Shown piece after piece: positions 38,629 to 48,526 of a DNA stretch of 64,000 nt. Source of the DNA: Candidatus Doudnabacteria bacterium (GTDB lineage: Bacteria; Patescibacteriota; Doudnabacteria; UBA920); assembly GCA_963837465.1 (NCBI GenBank), contig CAWINB010000001.1, positions 437,646 to 501,645 on the forward strand. The letters run 5' to 3'. Both the position numbers and the translations under genes were made by a program. The notes under the pieces are model-generated. The model saw nothing but the letters and a program-made list of their open reading frames with translations. It did not search any database and had not been told where the DNA came from. Numbering within the stretch: position 1 is the stretch's first letter; the number at the start of each line of letters is the position of its first letter.

Positions 38629-39153
38629 TTATTGGCCGCTTGGCGGCATATTTGGACCTCCGCGATTATATGTACCGCCAGAACCACGACCGCCGGTAAA
38701 GGTCGGGTTAATTTGCATGCTGGTAACGGTAATACTGCCATCGCTGTTTACAGTTCCGGCTCCGGCCACGCGGGTGCCGCTAACCAAAGCAATCTGGGAG
38801 CCGCCTGTAAACTGGGTGCTGCCGGTAACATTAAGAACGGTGGAAACTGTAGTGCTGCTGTTGCGGCTGTGGCCGCTAATGGTAATCTGGGAACCCGAAA
38901 CCGAAGTAATAGCGCCAAAAAAAGCCTTGGAGCCTGGCGGCAGGTTTCTCATGCCAAAACTTCCGCGGGTGGACGAAGCGGTGCTGCTGGCTGACATCCC
39001 GGGCATATTGGCCATATTCTGGGAAGGTTGAGTTTGGGTTACCGCGGGTGTTTGGGCGCTGCTTTGGCTGCTTGCCTGCTGGCTGCCGCATCCGGCGGCC
39101 AACAAAGCAATTGAGGACACGAGAACCAAACCTTTGATATTTTTTGTCATCAT
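38629..39153 (-). CDS. Lipoprotein (DUF5666-like)
   Basis: LLAAGC lipobox; G.ITSVSGSQITI...G..V...G..NSDGS. Confidence 0.7.
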   Translation of the reverse strand: MMTKNIKGLVLVSSIALLAAGCGSQQASSQSSAQTPAVTQTQPSQNMANMPGMSASSTASSTRGSFGMRNLPPGSKAFFGAITSVSGSQITISGHSRNSSTTVSTVLNVTGSTQFTGGSQIALVSGTRVAGAGTVNSDGSITVTSMQINPTFTGGRGSGGTYNRGGPNMPPSGQ

Positions 39154-39402
39154 GAAATTGATTTTTTAAGAACCTATTTTAATTTAAAAATACTTCGGGC
39201 TGCGATTTATTTTTCAAATAGGTTTAAATAATTATAAAAAAATCCGCGTCCGCATATATTAAAATACGATGAATATTTTATTTTGGGTGCATTGCCTCCG
39301 TTATTGTCAGGACTTACGCTTTTGACAATATTACCCTGGGTATTGTCCAATCAGCTTTTAAAAAAGCCGTAATTTAGACCCCGAAAGCGTAAGTCCTGAT
39401 TA

Positions 39403-41112
39403 TTATGCGGATGCTTTATTGGCCGCAGATTTAGCTTCTGTATCCTGATCCTGGCCCGAAGGCAGCTGGGTTGAAACCAAAAGACCCAACAGGATAAAAA
39501 TAATTCCGTACTCCAGCGCTGTTTTGTTGCCATCCACGGTCGCCTGATAGCTGATAATCGTAACTTCATTGGCTACAGACTGCGGTACCTGGCTGCCAAA
39601 GTTGGCACCTTCGCCAAACTCAATGTTTGAGGATTGGGCGGCGGCGGCCCGGGTGACGGAAGGTTTAAGCGCGACCGGTATGGTTGGGCTGTTTTGAATG
39701 CCTGAGCTGATGTTGGTGGCCAGCGAAGACAGCAAAATAGCCCCAAGCACTGCCGAACCAAGCGTTTGGCCCAGCGATCTTACGGTATTGGTTACGCCGG
39801 AAGCTTCTCCGGACTGTTCAACGGAAACCGCCGATAAAGTCAGGTTGCTGGCCTGGGCAAACATAAAGCCCAAACCCAGGCCGAACAGAGCAAACCCCGG
39901 AGCCATAGCCCACTGGCTGGCGCCCACGCGCAAACTTTGCCTCAGCAAAATAAAACCAACCGCGTCTAAAATAATACCTATCTGGATAATATGTTTTGGC
40001 GATACGTACTTGCTCAACCAGGCGGAAAAAGGCGCGCCGATTAAAATCACAGCCGTCATGGGTATCATGGCGACTCCTGTCTGGATTGGATTTAATTTCA
40101 ACACGGACTGCAAATATACCGGAATGGAAAAACTCAGGCCCGCCTGGCCCATGGCCAAAATTGACGAAACGCCGGTGCCCGTAATAAAAGTTTTGTTCCT
40201 AAAAAGTCTGGTTGATACCAGCGGGGTCTTGCCGGTTTTTTCCACGTGGCTCTCCCAGACAAAAAATATCCCTAAAATTATCGCGCCCAACACAATAAAC
40301 AAAGGCGTGGCGGATATGCCGCCGAGGCTAACGGCGTGGTTAAAAATAGTTAACGGGGCCGCGGGGCGCCACCAGCCGTAGACCGACGCCTGGATAAAGC
40401 CAAAAACCATGGACAGCATTCCCAAGGCTGAAAGGATTATGCCGACAAAATCTATGGTCGGATTTTCTTCCTTGTCCCGGTATTCCTTGATGAATACCGA
40501 GGCGACAACCAATACCGCGGCCACAAAGACATTAACCCGAAAAGCCCAGCGCCAGCTGTAGTTGGTGGTAAACCAACCGCCAATAACCGGACCCAACGCC
40601 GCGGCACCGGCCACGATGCCGCCCCAAATGCCAAACGCCACCTGCATATCGCGCCCTTTGTAATTTGAACGCAACAGCGATAATGTGGCCGGCAACATCA
40701 AACAAGCGCCTATGCCTTCTACAATAGCTTCCCCTAAAATCATAAAACCCACGCCGCGGGCTATGGATGTCATAAAAGACCCTACGGCAAAAATAATGGC
40801 GCCCAGAATGAACATTTTTTTGCGCCCGAACAAATCGCCCAGGCGGCCGCCGGTAATGGTAAAAGCGGCAAGCATAAGCGAGTAGGCGGTTATAACCCAC
40901 TGAATTTTCTGCAGCGTCGTGTGAAGATCCACTATTATGGTCCGCAAAGTCACGTTTAAAATAGTCGTATCCAGAATAATAATCATTAAAGCCAGGCTCA
41001 TGGCCAAAAGCGGCAGCCACTTCATAAAACCCCTGGCTTCCGGCTCACTACTGCCTTCCGCTTGCGCTTTAGACGCTGGTTCGGCTTTAAGTATGTTGCT
41101 ATCAATGTTCAT
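39403..41112 (-). CDS. MFS drug efflux transporter (DHA2, EmrB/QacA type)
   Basis: LDTTILNV, WVITAYSL, GRLGDLFGRK, GPVIGG. Confidence 0.92.
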   Translation of the reverse strand: MNIDSNILKAEPASKAQAEGSSEPEARGFMKWLPLLAMSLALMIIILDTTILNVTLRTIIVDLHTTLQKIQWVITAYSLMLAAFTITGGRLGDLFGRKKMFILGAIIFAVGSFMTSIARGVGFMILGEAIVEGIGACLMLPATLSLLRSNYKGRDMQVAFGIWGGIVAGAAALGPVIGGWFTTNYSWRWAFRVNVFVAAVLVVASVFIKEYRDKEENPTIDFVGIILSALGMLSMVFGFIQASVYGWWRPAAPLTIFNHAVSLGGISATPLFIVLGAIILGIFFVWESHVEKTGKTPLVSTRLFRNKTFITGTGVSSILAMGQAGLSFSIPVYLQSVLKLNPIQTGVAMIPMTAVILIGAPFSAWLSKYVSPKHIIQIGIILDAVGFILLRQSLRVGASQWAMAPGFALFGLGLGFMFAQASNLTLSAVSVEQSGEASGVTNTVRSLGQTLGSAVLGAILLSSLATNISSGIQNSPTIPVALKPSVTRAAAAQSSNIEFGEGANFGSQVPQSVANEVTIISYQATVDGNKTALEYGIIFILLGLLVSTQLPSGQDQDTEAKSAANKASA

Positions 41113-41121
41113 AAAGGATTT

Positions 41122-41562
41122 TTACAATGGATTCTCGGGGAAATTATTGTTTAGTTCCCGCAGTAAACTTAGCAACCGTGTTTGCTTCACCGGTCCCAGC
41201 TTTTTAAAGGCTTTGTTTAACGCGTCATTTTTATCATCAAATGGAATTGTTTTTAGCAGCTGCCGGCCTTTGTTTGTAATAATCAATTGGATTTTCCTGC
41301 GATCCAGCCTGTCCGCCCCGCGTTTTAACAGGCCTCCGGTTTCCAGTACGTCTACGGCCGGAACCAGCGAAGGCGCTTTAAAGTTAAAGCGGCGCGCGAT
41401 GTCATTTATGGTAAGAGGATTGCTTTTGGTCATGGCCAAAACGCCGTACTGAAGCGGCGTGATGCCGATTTTGGCCCTGGTAAACCTCCTGTCCAAATCC
41501 GCCTTGGAGAGTTTTATAAGGTTATAGAGCAGTTTTTTCAGTGGATTGTCTTCAAATTGCAT
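41122..41562 (-). CDS. MarR-family regulator
   Basis: ITPLQY.VL, DRR...L.IT.KG. Confidence 0.88.
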   Translation of the reverse strand: MQFEDNPLKKLLYNLIKLSKADLDRRFTRAKIGITPLQYGVLAMTKSNPLTINDIARRFNFKAPSLVPAVDVLETGGLLKRGADRLDRRKIQLIITNKGRQLLKTIPFDDKNDALNKAFKKLGPVKQTRLLSLLRELNNNFPENPL

Positions 41563-41933
41563 AATAAAATATAGTTAGTTACCTAATAATAAGGCAACTA
41601 AATATATTTGTCAATAGCTTATTATGACGCCTTTAATTTACGGGTGAATAAAAATCGCCGCCGGCCCCGGCGACTTTTGGCAAGTAACCGCGACGATAAA
41701 AATTCAGCCGGCAAATCACCCTGAACAAACCAAGCTGAAAAAAAGATTAAAAATTTCTTTAAGATTATTTTCAGCTTCGGCATGATAAAATTTAATACCT
41801 ACGCAAAAATAAAGTTGTCGGTTATAAATAAGCCATTGCTGTTAACCTTTCCGAAGTTCCGAAGCCGAAAAAAAAAGAGCCGAAGTTTTTAGAGAACCGC
41901 GATAAAAATTAATCAAGGAAGAAGGTGATTAAT

Positions 41934-42179
41934 ATGAGTAAACTAGGTTTATTTTTAAACTCTTTATTTTATTCCAATAATCTTGCTTCATTTCCGGAAA
42001 AAAATATAAACCCGCTCCTCTACAAACAGCTCTATGTGGCAGGCATAAAAGGGCTGGGCGGAATCGGCAAGTATGAGTTTCCGCGTGGTTTGGGCATGGC
42101 CCTGAAGGGAAAACAGAACCAGATGGCGCGGCGCGGGAAGCCGTCACGCAAACTCTTCAGAATTACCGCTTTTGTTTAG
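41934..42179 (+). CDS. Small hypothetical protein
   Basis: AAGGTGA upstream of ATG; stop overlaps the MITE target site. Confidence 0.35.
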   Translation: MSKLGLFLNSLFYSNNLASFPEKNINPLLYKQLYVAGIKGLGGIGKYEFPRGLGMALKGKQNQMARRGKPSRKLFRITAFV

Positions 42180-42251
42180 AGCCTGTTTAAAAATTCATTT
42201 TGGCCGCAATTTCAGGAATCCGCCCGCAAAAGCAATTTATTAAACAGGCTC
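42179..42251. mobile_element. 73-bp internal-deletion MITE derivative
   Basis: GAGCCTGTTTAAAAATT...AATTTATTAAACAGGCTC with TTA duplication. Confidence 0.8.
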
Positions 42252-42343
42252 TTAGAATCTATGATCAATAATTAAACCAAGGGTCCGGGATTTTCTTCCA
42301 AACTGTGTGGATAAAATTTCCAAAACCCGGAAACAATAACCAT

Positions 42344-43549
42344 ATGAAAATAAAACAAATTTTGCTGGCGGCTTCGATCATGCTTGTGACATTGACGATT
42401 AAAGCCCAGGCCAGCTCCACTTCATTAACGGTAACCACGCCCACAGCGGGGGTCGGCCAAACCTGGACCGCCGGCAGCAGCCAAAATATTGAATGGACAA
42501 CTCCCTATACGGGCAGCGGCTCCACCGCGACCATCTCACTGATCCCCTATTCCACTTCCTACTGCTCAACCTCCGGCGACACCACAACTTGTTCCGACTC
42601 GTCCCCTTACATTATTGCTTCCAATGTACCGAACAACGGGTATTACACCAGCAACATTGCCGACGATATTTACGGCAACCCCATCCCCGCCGGCCAATAC
42701 CTGGTAAATGTTTATGACAATAATAATCTTGGCATCCCTACTGCCGGCAACAGCTCGGAAATTATTACTATTCCGCCAACCAGTTCAACCCCGGGTAATT
42801 TTCAGCTAACCCCAAACTCCGGACCGCCGGGAACAATTGTCACAATCACCGGCAGCGGCTTTGCTTCCACCATCAATCCCAGCATACAATTTGGAAACGG
42901 CTCTTATATAATGACTACCGGCAGCCCAAGCGGCGGCTATTTGCAGTTTACGGTTCCGGCTTATAGCCAGCCCTGTTCTTCCGTTTCCTATCCCGCGACA
43001 GGCACGGATACGGCTACGACAACCACCGCATTGGGTACATGCGATATTGTCTCCGCCAGCTTAACCCCCGGAACTTACAACGTGACCGTGGCCGGCACCA
43101 ACGGCGGCAGCTACGTTTTGCCTTTCACCATAACATCCGGCTCACCCGCTTCGCCCAGCGGGCTGCAATACGTATCCCCTGGTTTTTCCAACGGCAGCCT
43201 GATCCAGGTCAGCGGCAGTCCGACAGTCTATTTGGTCAGCAACGGCGAATTTGTGCCGTTTACTTCGGCCTCGGAGTTCCTCGGCCAGGGTTATCAATGG
43301 TCGCAAATCCAAACAGTCCCGCAAAACCAGTTTAATCCGGAACTGTTAAGCGCCACGCCGGTTGGGGCCAATAACGGAGCAATAATAAAAACCGCGGATA
43401 ATCCCACCATCTACTTAATTACAAACGGCGAAAAAAGCGGCATACCGTCTATGGCAATCTTTAACAGTCTGGGGTTAAACCTGGCCAACTTAATGATAGT
43501 CAGCGACCAGGAACTGCAAAACTACCCCAGCGCTCCAAACCAAATGTAA
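42344..43549 (+). CDS. Secreted surface protein with IPT/TIG domain, paralog of 35300-36850
   Basis: Signal peptide, PNSGPPGT.VTITGSGF, PTVYLV/PTIYLI repeats. Confidence 0.78.
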   Translation: MKIKQILLAASIMLVTLTIKAQASSTSLTVTTPTAGVGQTWTAGSSQNIEWTTPYTGSGSTATISLIPYSTSYCSTSGDTTTCSDSSPYIIASNVPNNGYYTSNIADDIYGNPIPAGQYLVNVYDNNNLGIPTAGNSSEIITIPPTSSTPGNFQLTPNSGPPGTIVTITGSGFASTINPSIQFGNGSYIMTTGSPSGGYLQFTVPAYSQPCSSVSYPATGTDTATTTTALGTCDIVSASLTPGTYNVTVAGTNGGSYVLPFTITSGSPASPSGLQYVSPGFSNGSLIQVSGSPTVYLVSNGEFVPFTSASEFLGQGYQWSQIQTVPQNQFNPELLSATPVGANNGAIIKTADNPTIYLITNGEKSGIPSMAIFNSLGLNLANLMIVSDQELQNYPSAPNQM

Positions 43550-43657
43550 TAATCGGAGCTGCCAGAACCCGTTTGAAAAACAGGGGACAAATTTACGGAA
43601 ACGGGTAAACAGTGGCAAAACCAGCCAACCCTTGCCGTGCTTTGCGCTCTTTAAAAA

Positions 43658-43888
43658 TTATTCTAAAAAATAAGTCCTTAAATGTTTTCTGAAAAATGGC
43701 CTCAGCCAATCCAAAACCAGCAGCAGATGAACTCCCGCCAAAACGTAAGCGGCGACAGTAAAAAATTTGGCCGGTAAATTTATACGCGGCCAAAGCTTAA
43801 GATAATAGGAAATAAAACCGACAGCCAATATCGCGACAAATCCCGCGTGAAGGGCGATAATACCGCCGATGAGCCATAAATAGACCAT
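43658..43888 (-). CDS. Small membrane protein
   Basis: Two hydrophobic segments. Confidence 0.55.
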   Translation of the reverse strand: MVYLWLIGGIIALHAGFVAILAVGFISYYLKLWPRINLPAKFFTVAAYVLAGVHLLLVLDWLRPFFRKHLRTYFLE

Positions 43889-43900
43889 AACGAAAACCTG

Positions 43901-44626
43901 TCAAAAATTTTTTGCCCCGCTTAACTGTTGGTATCGGTAAAACTTTGGCACTATCTCAAAAGTTAAGATGAAAGCAAAAATTACCGCGAACCCGCACATA
44001 ACAGAGGCCACGGCCACCCGCGCGGGAGCGTACAGGGTGTAGACGATTACGAGCGGCAACATAAAAGAAAGATAGCCGATAACTACCCATTTGAGGATAT
44101 TTTGGAACATTTTGCCGGGAGTTTTATGCTGGGCCGATAAAGCTTGCCAGATGCTCAAAATCAGAAAGCCGAAATAGTAGGCGCCAAAAAATTCATAAAG
44201 AGCGGAGGGTCCGGTAAAAATCACATAATTGCCTCCGCAGAATGAACTTACGTCATTGCGTGGCGCGAAAATAAAATAAAGCGCGAAAATTACGGCCAGG
44301 GCCGACCCGAGCGGCAAAAAATGTTTTTGTTTGGTGATAAGGCTTATAAGCCTAAAGCCCAGCACCGGCAAAAGAGTGATGGCCACCAAACCGAACCTGG
44401 ACCAGCTTTGCGCGCTGTGGTTGCCGCAAACCTGGTATTCGGAAATCTGGAAAGCCGCCAAAAGCAGCAAAATGCCAACGGCGATTTTTCCGAACTCATT
44501 CTTGCGGTAGCGCAGCAGCGTCCAAAACGCCAGAGCCGATTCAATAATAACCGTGGCCAGCATTACCGGCGGCGAAAAACAAAACAGCACGGTGCCGGTT
44601 TTTCTCTGTTTTGGCAAAAAATTCAT
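43901..44626 (-). CDS. 7-TM membrane protein
   Basis: CFSPPVM, FQ.SEY..C, SVMCGFA; hydrophobic pattern. Confidence 0.7.
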   Translation of the reverse strand: MNFLPKQRKTGTVLFCFSPPVMLATVIIESALAFWTLLRYRKNEFGKIAVGILLLLAAFQISEYQVCGNHSAQSWSRFGLVAITLLPVLGFRLISLITKQKHFLPLGSALAVIFALYFIFAPRNDVSSFCGGNYVIFTGPSALYEFFGAYYFGFLILSIWQALSAQHKTPGKMFQNILKWVVIGYLSFMLPLVIVYTLYAPARVAVASVMCGFAVIFAFILTFEIVPKFYRYQQLSGAKNF

Positions 44627-44718
44627 ATTAATATTGTAACATTTTCGCATAACGCGCGGTAGCTAAAACCCGGAGTATTTGTTATTATCATCTCATTAAG
44701 ATGATAATAACAGCAAGT

Positions 44719-45123
44719 ATGGGCAACAATCAAACAAAACCGCGGCCGGTAAACTGGGCCCATGCGGTTATAGGCTTATTGGCTGCGGCGCTTTTGGTTG
44801 TGGTAGTTTGGTTTGGTTTGGATATTCACAGCCTCTACAGACAAGGGGTTATTAGCCACGCGGAGTCACGCGTACACAGAAGGCCCGGCGGCATCCAGCC
44901 GCTGACTCCGGGAGATATCCGCGGCTGGATGACTTTCCGCTATATAGAGTTCGCTTTCCGGTTACCGCCAAACTACCTCGCGACCAAACTGAATATTTCG
45001 ACTTCCAATTACCTGGATATAACACTTAACGCCTACGCCGGCGCGCGCAAGCTGAACGCAGCGGCTTTTACGCTGTCAGTCACGCGAGCGGTGGTAAATT
45101 ACCAGGACGGGAACAACCCATGA
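44719..45123 (+). CDS. Membrane-anchored hypothetical protein
   Basis: TM helix then IRGWMTFRYI; coupled to the DedA-family gene. Confidence 0.65.
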   Translation: MGNNQTKPRPVNWAHAVIGLLAAALLVVVVWFGLDIHSLYRQGVISHAESRVHRRPGGIQPLTPGDIRGWMTFRYIEFAFRLPPNYLATKLNISTSNYLDITLNAYAGARKLNAAAFTLSVTRAVVNYQDGNNP

Positions 45124-45725
45124 GCGCGGTACTCCAGGCAATTGTCAGCTACATCCTGGTTTACCGCTACCTTGCTTTGTTTGTGGTTTCCTTTCTCTCA
45201 AGCCTGGGCATACCTTTACCGGCCGCGGCCAGCGCCGTGGCAGCTTCGGCTTTTGCCAGCCAGGGATATTTGAGCCTGTTTTGGCTGGTACTTTTTGGCG
45301 CGCTTGGGAACATTTTGGGAGATCTGACTATGTATTGGCTCATGCGCCGCTACGGAATAAAGTTATTGTTGCGGCTCCATTTGCGCAAACTGGCCGAATC
45401 CCCGCTTTCGCAAAACGTGGAAGCAACGGTGGAAAAGTATAAGGCGTCGGTCCTTATCAGCAGCCGCTTCCAGGACCAGGCCACTACTTTAGTCAATATC
45501 ATTTCGGGTTTGGGCAAAATGGACCTTAAACGCTTTGCTGTATATGTCTCCATTGGAGATTTTGCCCAGATTATATTTTATGTCGCTGTTGGATTTTTGT
45601 TCGCGGACGACTGGCAGTCGGTGTACGGGGCTGTCGGAAAATTCGGCTGGATTGTGGCCCTGGTTCTGGCCATAGCCGTTATAACCATTTCAACCCAAAC
45701 CATTAAAAAAGTGTTTAAAAAATAA
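45120..45725 (+). CDS. DedA/VTT-family membrane protein
   Basis: GIPLP, G..LGD...YW..R, SRF. Confidence 0.85.
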   Translation: MSAVLQAIVSYILVYRYLALFVVSFLSSLGIPLPAAASAVAASAFASQGYLSLFWLVLFGALGNILGDLTMYWLMRRYGIKLLLRLHLRKLAESPLSQNVEATVEKYKASVLISSRFQDQATTLVNIISGLGKMDLKRFAVYVSIGDFAQIIFYVAVGFLFADDWQSVYGAVGKFGWIVALVLAIAVITISTQTIKKVFKK

Positions 45726-45807
45726 TTTGGAATAAACCCGAATTCTATTTATAATATATACGGATTCTATAAAATCAACATCAATACCGCGGATAAAATA
45801 AAAATTT

Positions 45808-46230
45808 ATGGTCGTGATCCCAACTCCAACAATATCGCCTCAAATTCCGACGCCGCCTGTGGCAGCTGCCACAGGCGCCATTTGCCCCTTTTGCCACCAG
45901 CCGGTTCTGGCCCAGTACTATTTTTGCCCCAACTGCGGCAAGAAGCTGGAGGACGGGCCGCTGTCCACATCCTTCTGGTCGCGACTTTGGCTTTACACTT
46001 TTAGCCTGATTATCATGCCCCTGACCTGCTATCTTGTTTACGCCCGCTGGCAGGGAATAAAATATTTTAAATCCAAAGACCCCAAGGCCCACCGCATGGG
46101 GCTTGTGGCTATTGCCCTGCTTATAATTTCAATAGTTTTTCTGGTTTGGTCAACCTGGCAGGGAACGATATGGCTGGAACAGTATGCCCAAACCCAGGTA
46201 AACAGCGCGGCCAGCCTGGGAGGGTTATAA
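45808..46230 (+). CDS. Zinc-ribbon membrane protein
   Basis: CPFC...FCPNCG plus two TM helices. Confidence 0.75.
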   Translation: MVVIPTPTISPQIPTPPVAAATGAICPFCHQPVLAQYYFCPNCGKKLEDGPLSTSFWSRLWLYTFSLIIMPLTCYLVYARWQGIKYFKSKDPKAHRMGLVAIALLIISIVFLVWSTWQGTIWLEQYAQTQVNSAASLGGL

Positions 46231-46234
46231 TTTT

Positions 46235-47683
46235 CTAGGAGCTTATTACTACATTTGTGATGCTGTATATTTCCCCCAAATTGTAAAAGGCGGCAAAATT
46301 AATATCTTTGCCGCTGGGGACATAGGGATCGCGCATTATGTAATTGCCGCCGCTGCCGCTGACGAGCACCACAAAGTGCGTGCCGCCATAAACATTCATG
46401 CCAATAACCACCGGATTCCCGGTTGCGAGCGTCGCGTCAATTGCCGCGGTTTTGCGCGTAGCGGTTACGCCGTCAACATTAATGCTGTTTAAAAGATAGG
46501 ACGGATAATAGACGGCAAAATTTGTGGGATTGGAGTTGATGGTGGCCGGAGTCACATCCCGATAACCATAATGGGTCATAACCATGGCCATGGCCGTAAC
46601 CAGACAACCATCGCCGGCCATGGTGTAAGCGGTGCCGTCCAAAGCATCGCCTCCCCAGGCCGAGTCGCGCTGATTGTAGTAACAGCCCCAGGCATCGCAA
46701 ACAGTCTGGTTTCCCAACAGCTGGTCGCCGCCGGCATGCTGGGTAAACTTGGAAAAACTTTCAACCTGCGCTTCGGCCTGCGCGAGAAGTTTTTGGTAAG
46801 TTGATTCTTTGTTCTTGGTCTCGGCCAAAAGCTGATTCTTTGATTGTACGGTCGCGTTAAGCGACTGCCGCTGCGAGACCAAGGATTTATTTTGCGCCGA
46901 AAGAGTCTGCTCTTTCCGCTGCACCGCGCTTTGCGTGTCAGCCAATAAAGTCTCCGCCGCCTGCAGCTGCTGGGTTTTTTGTCTGACCGCGTCCTGAACC
47001 TGGGTAGCCTCGTCAACATTTTGCCAAAAACCGGACAAGCTGCCGGCCGAAAATAACTGAAAAATCGCCGGCTGGCCGTCGGATTGCTGGATCTCTTCCA
47101 GATCCTTTGAAAGCGAACTCTGATACTGGACTATGGTTTGTTTTGTGTCCTGAATCTGGCCGTCTAACTGCTGGACCTGAAGCTGGGTTGAATTAATCTG
47201 GCTTTGGGTGGCGGCAACCTGGGTTTCCACCTCTTCCCGCTTTAAATCAAGGGTCTTAAGCGCTGTCTGAAGGGTTTTTTTGTCCGAGCCCGCTTGTTTA
47301 AGCTCGGCCTGGTACTGGGCGATTTGCTTGTTAAGCGCCGCAATCTGCTGGTTGTCGGCGCTTATCTGGTTTTGCAGGTTGCTTGAAGCCGCGGGGACGT
47401 CTACGGTCGTCGGAGCGACATAAGACAGGGCAAATACCGGAAACGCCATTAACTCTCCCGCGACCCGCGCCAAAATAAATATAGAAGCTATCTTAAAAAT
47501 AGTTCGCAGGCGAAATTGCGGTAATTTCCGGCAGATTGACCCAAATAAATTTTGACGTTCAGCCAAAGCTGAGCGGAAAAATTTTTTGGGGCAAAATGAC
47601 GAAATTCCGCGATTGCAGCCCAAAAGATTTTTAAGATGGGTTCCGGCTAAAAATCGGGTAAATTTAAAAAAAAACTTATTCAT
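46235..47683 (-). CDS. Secreted coiled-coil protein with C39-like peptidase domain
   Basis: Long Gln-rich coiled coil; YNQRD..W, GCLVTAMAM, HFVV, DP. Confidence 0.8.
   Translation of the reverse strand: MNKFFFKFTRFLAGTHLKNLLGCNRGISSFCPKKFFRSALAERQNLFGSICRKLPQFRLRTIFKIASIFILARVAGELMAFPVFALSYVAPTTVDVPAASSNLQNQISADNQQIAALNKQIAQYQAELKQAGSDKKTLQTALKTLDLKREEVETQVAATQSQINSTQLQVQQLDGQIQDTKQTIVQYQSSLSKDLEEIQQSDGQPAIFQLFSAGSLSGFWQNVDEATQVQDAVRQKTQQLQAAETLLADTQSAVQRKEQTLSAQNKSLVSQRQSLNATVQSKNQLLAETKNKESTYQKLLAQAEAQVESFSKFTQHAGGDQLLGNQTVCDAWGCYYNQRDSAWGGDALDGTAYTMAGDGCLVTAMAMVMTHYGYRDVTPATINSNPTNFAVYYPSYLLNSINVDGVTATRKTAAIDATLATGNPVVIGMNVYGGTHFVVLVSGSGGNYIMRDPYVPSGKDINFAAFYNLGEIYSITNVVISS
47484..47643. 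mobile_element. Diverged MITE copy in-frame within a signal peptide
   Basis: Colinear with the 161-bp MITE (AGGCGAAATT, GATTGAC, AAATTTTGACGTT.AGCC, AGCGGAAAAATTTTTT). Confidence 0.8.
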
Positions 47684-47874
47684 AAGCGCCTGTGGAAATT
47701 TGAAAAAACAACTTTTATTTTACATTAGCATTATATCACGATACCCGATTGCGGATTAACAAAGCCGTTTTTTACTGAAAACCTGTTCGAAAAATAATTT
47801 TTCCCAATCAAAAAATCCGCCCATATCTGCAGGAGGATTTTTTATCTTTACTTTGCGGAAGGGGTCTAAAATTT

Positions 47875-48429
47875 TTACAACGCGTTTATCCAGTCCACCG
47901 CGGTCGTCACCGCGGCTTGTCTGGGAAAAACTTTGTTTATGAGCATGGAGTGGACCTCGGGGTCAAAATCAGCGCACAGGTCTGAAAGCACGGTCAGCTG
48001 ATAATCTTTATCCGCGGCCTGGCGGACGGTTGACAGCACAACTCCGCTGGTGGCAATTCCCGCCAGCGCCAGATGACGAATATTCTTGGCGCGTAAAACT
48101 ACTTCCAGGTCGCTGCCCGAAAACGCGCTGACGCGGCGCTTTGTCACTACGACATCGTCACCCTTAGGCATTATAGCCGGTTGCGGATTTATCATGGCCG
48201 CCGCGGCTTCTTTGGGAATGTTGCCGAAAGATTTGTTGCGGGGACTGGCCTCGGGCATGCCCGGACGAAAACCCACCACCACATACACCACGGGTATCCG
48301 TTTTGTGTGGGCCGCGTCCACAGCCGCCATAACTTTAGCCAAATACTCATCCTTGTTTTCCAGCCTGTTGAGGATGCCGGGCTGGACATCCATAACCAAC
48401 AAGGCTATTTTTTCATTTTCGTTTGTCAT
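47875..48429 (-). CDS. Isochorismatase-family hydrolase
   Basis: ALLVMDVQ, KRRVSAF, GIATSGVV, DLCAD. Confidence 0.88.
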   Translation of the reverse strand: MTNENEKIALLVMDVQPGILNRLENKDEYLAKVMAAVDAAHTKRIPVVYVVVGFRPGMPEASPRNKSFGNIPKEAAAAMINPQPAIMPKGDDVVVTKRRVSAFSGSDLEVVLRAKNIRHLALAGIATSGVVLSTVRQAADKDYQLTVLSDLCADFDPEVHSMLINKVFPRQAAVTTAVDWINAL

Positions 48430-48526
48430 AATTCTATTATATACTACAAAAGTTGCCCGGGGCAAAATTTATATTATAAACTGTCAGTAACCAAATGTCG
48501 GCAACTGCCAACTCAAGGAGAAGCAT

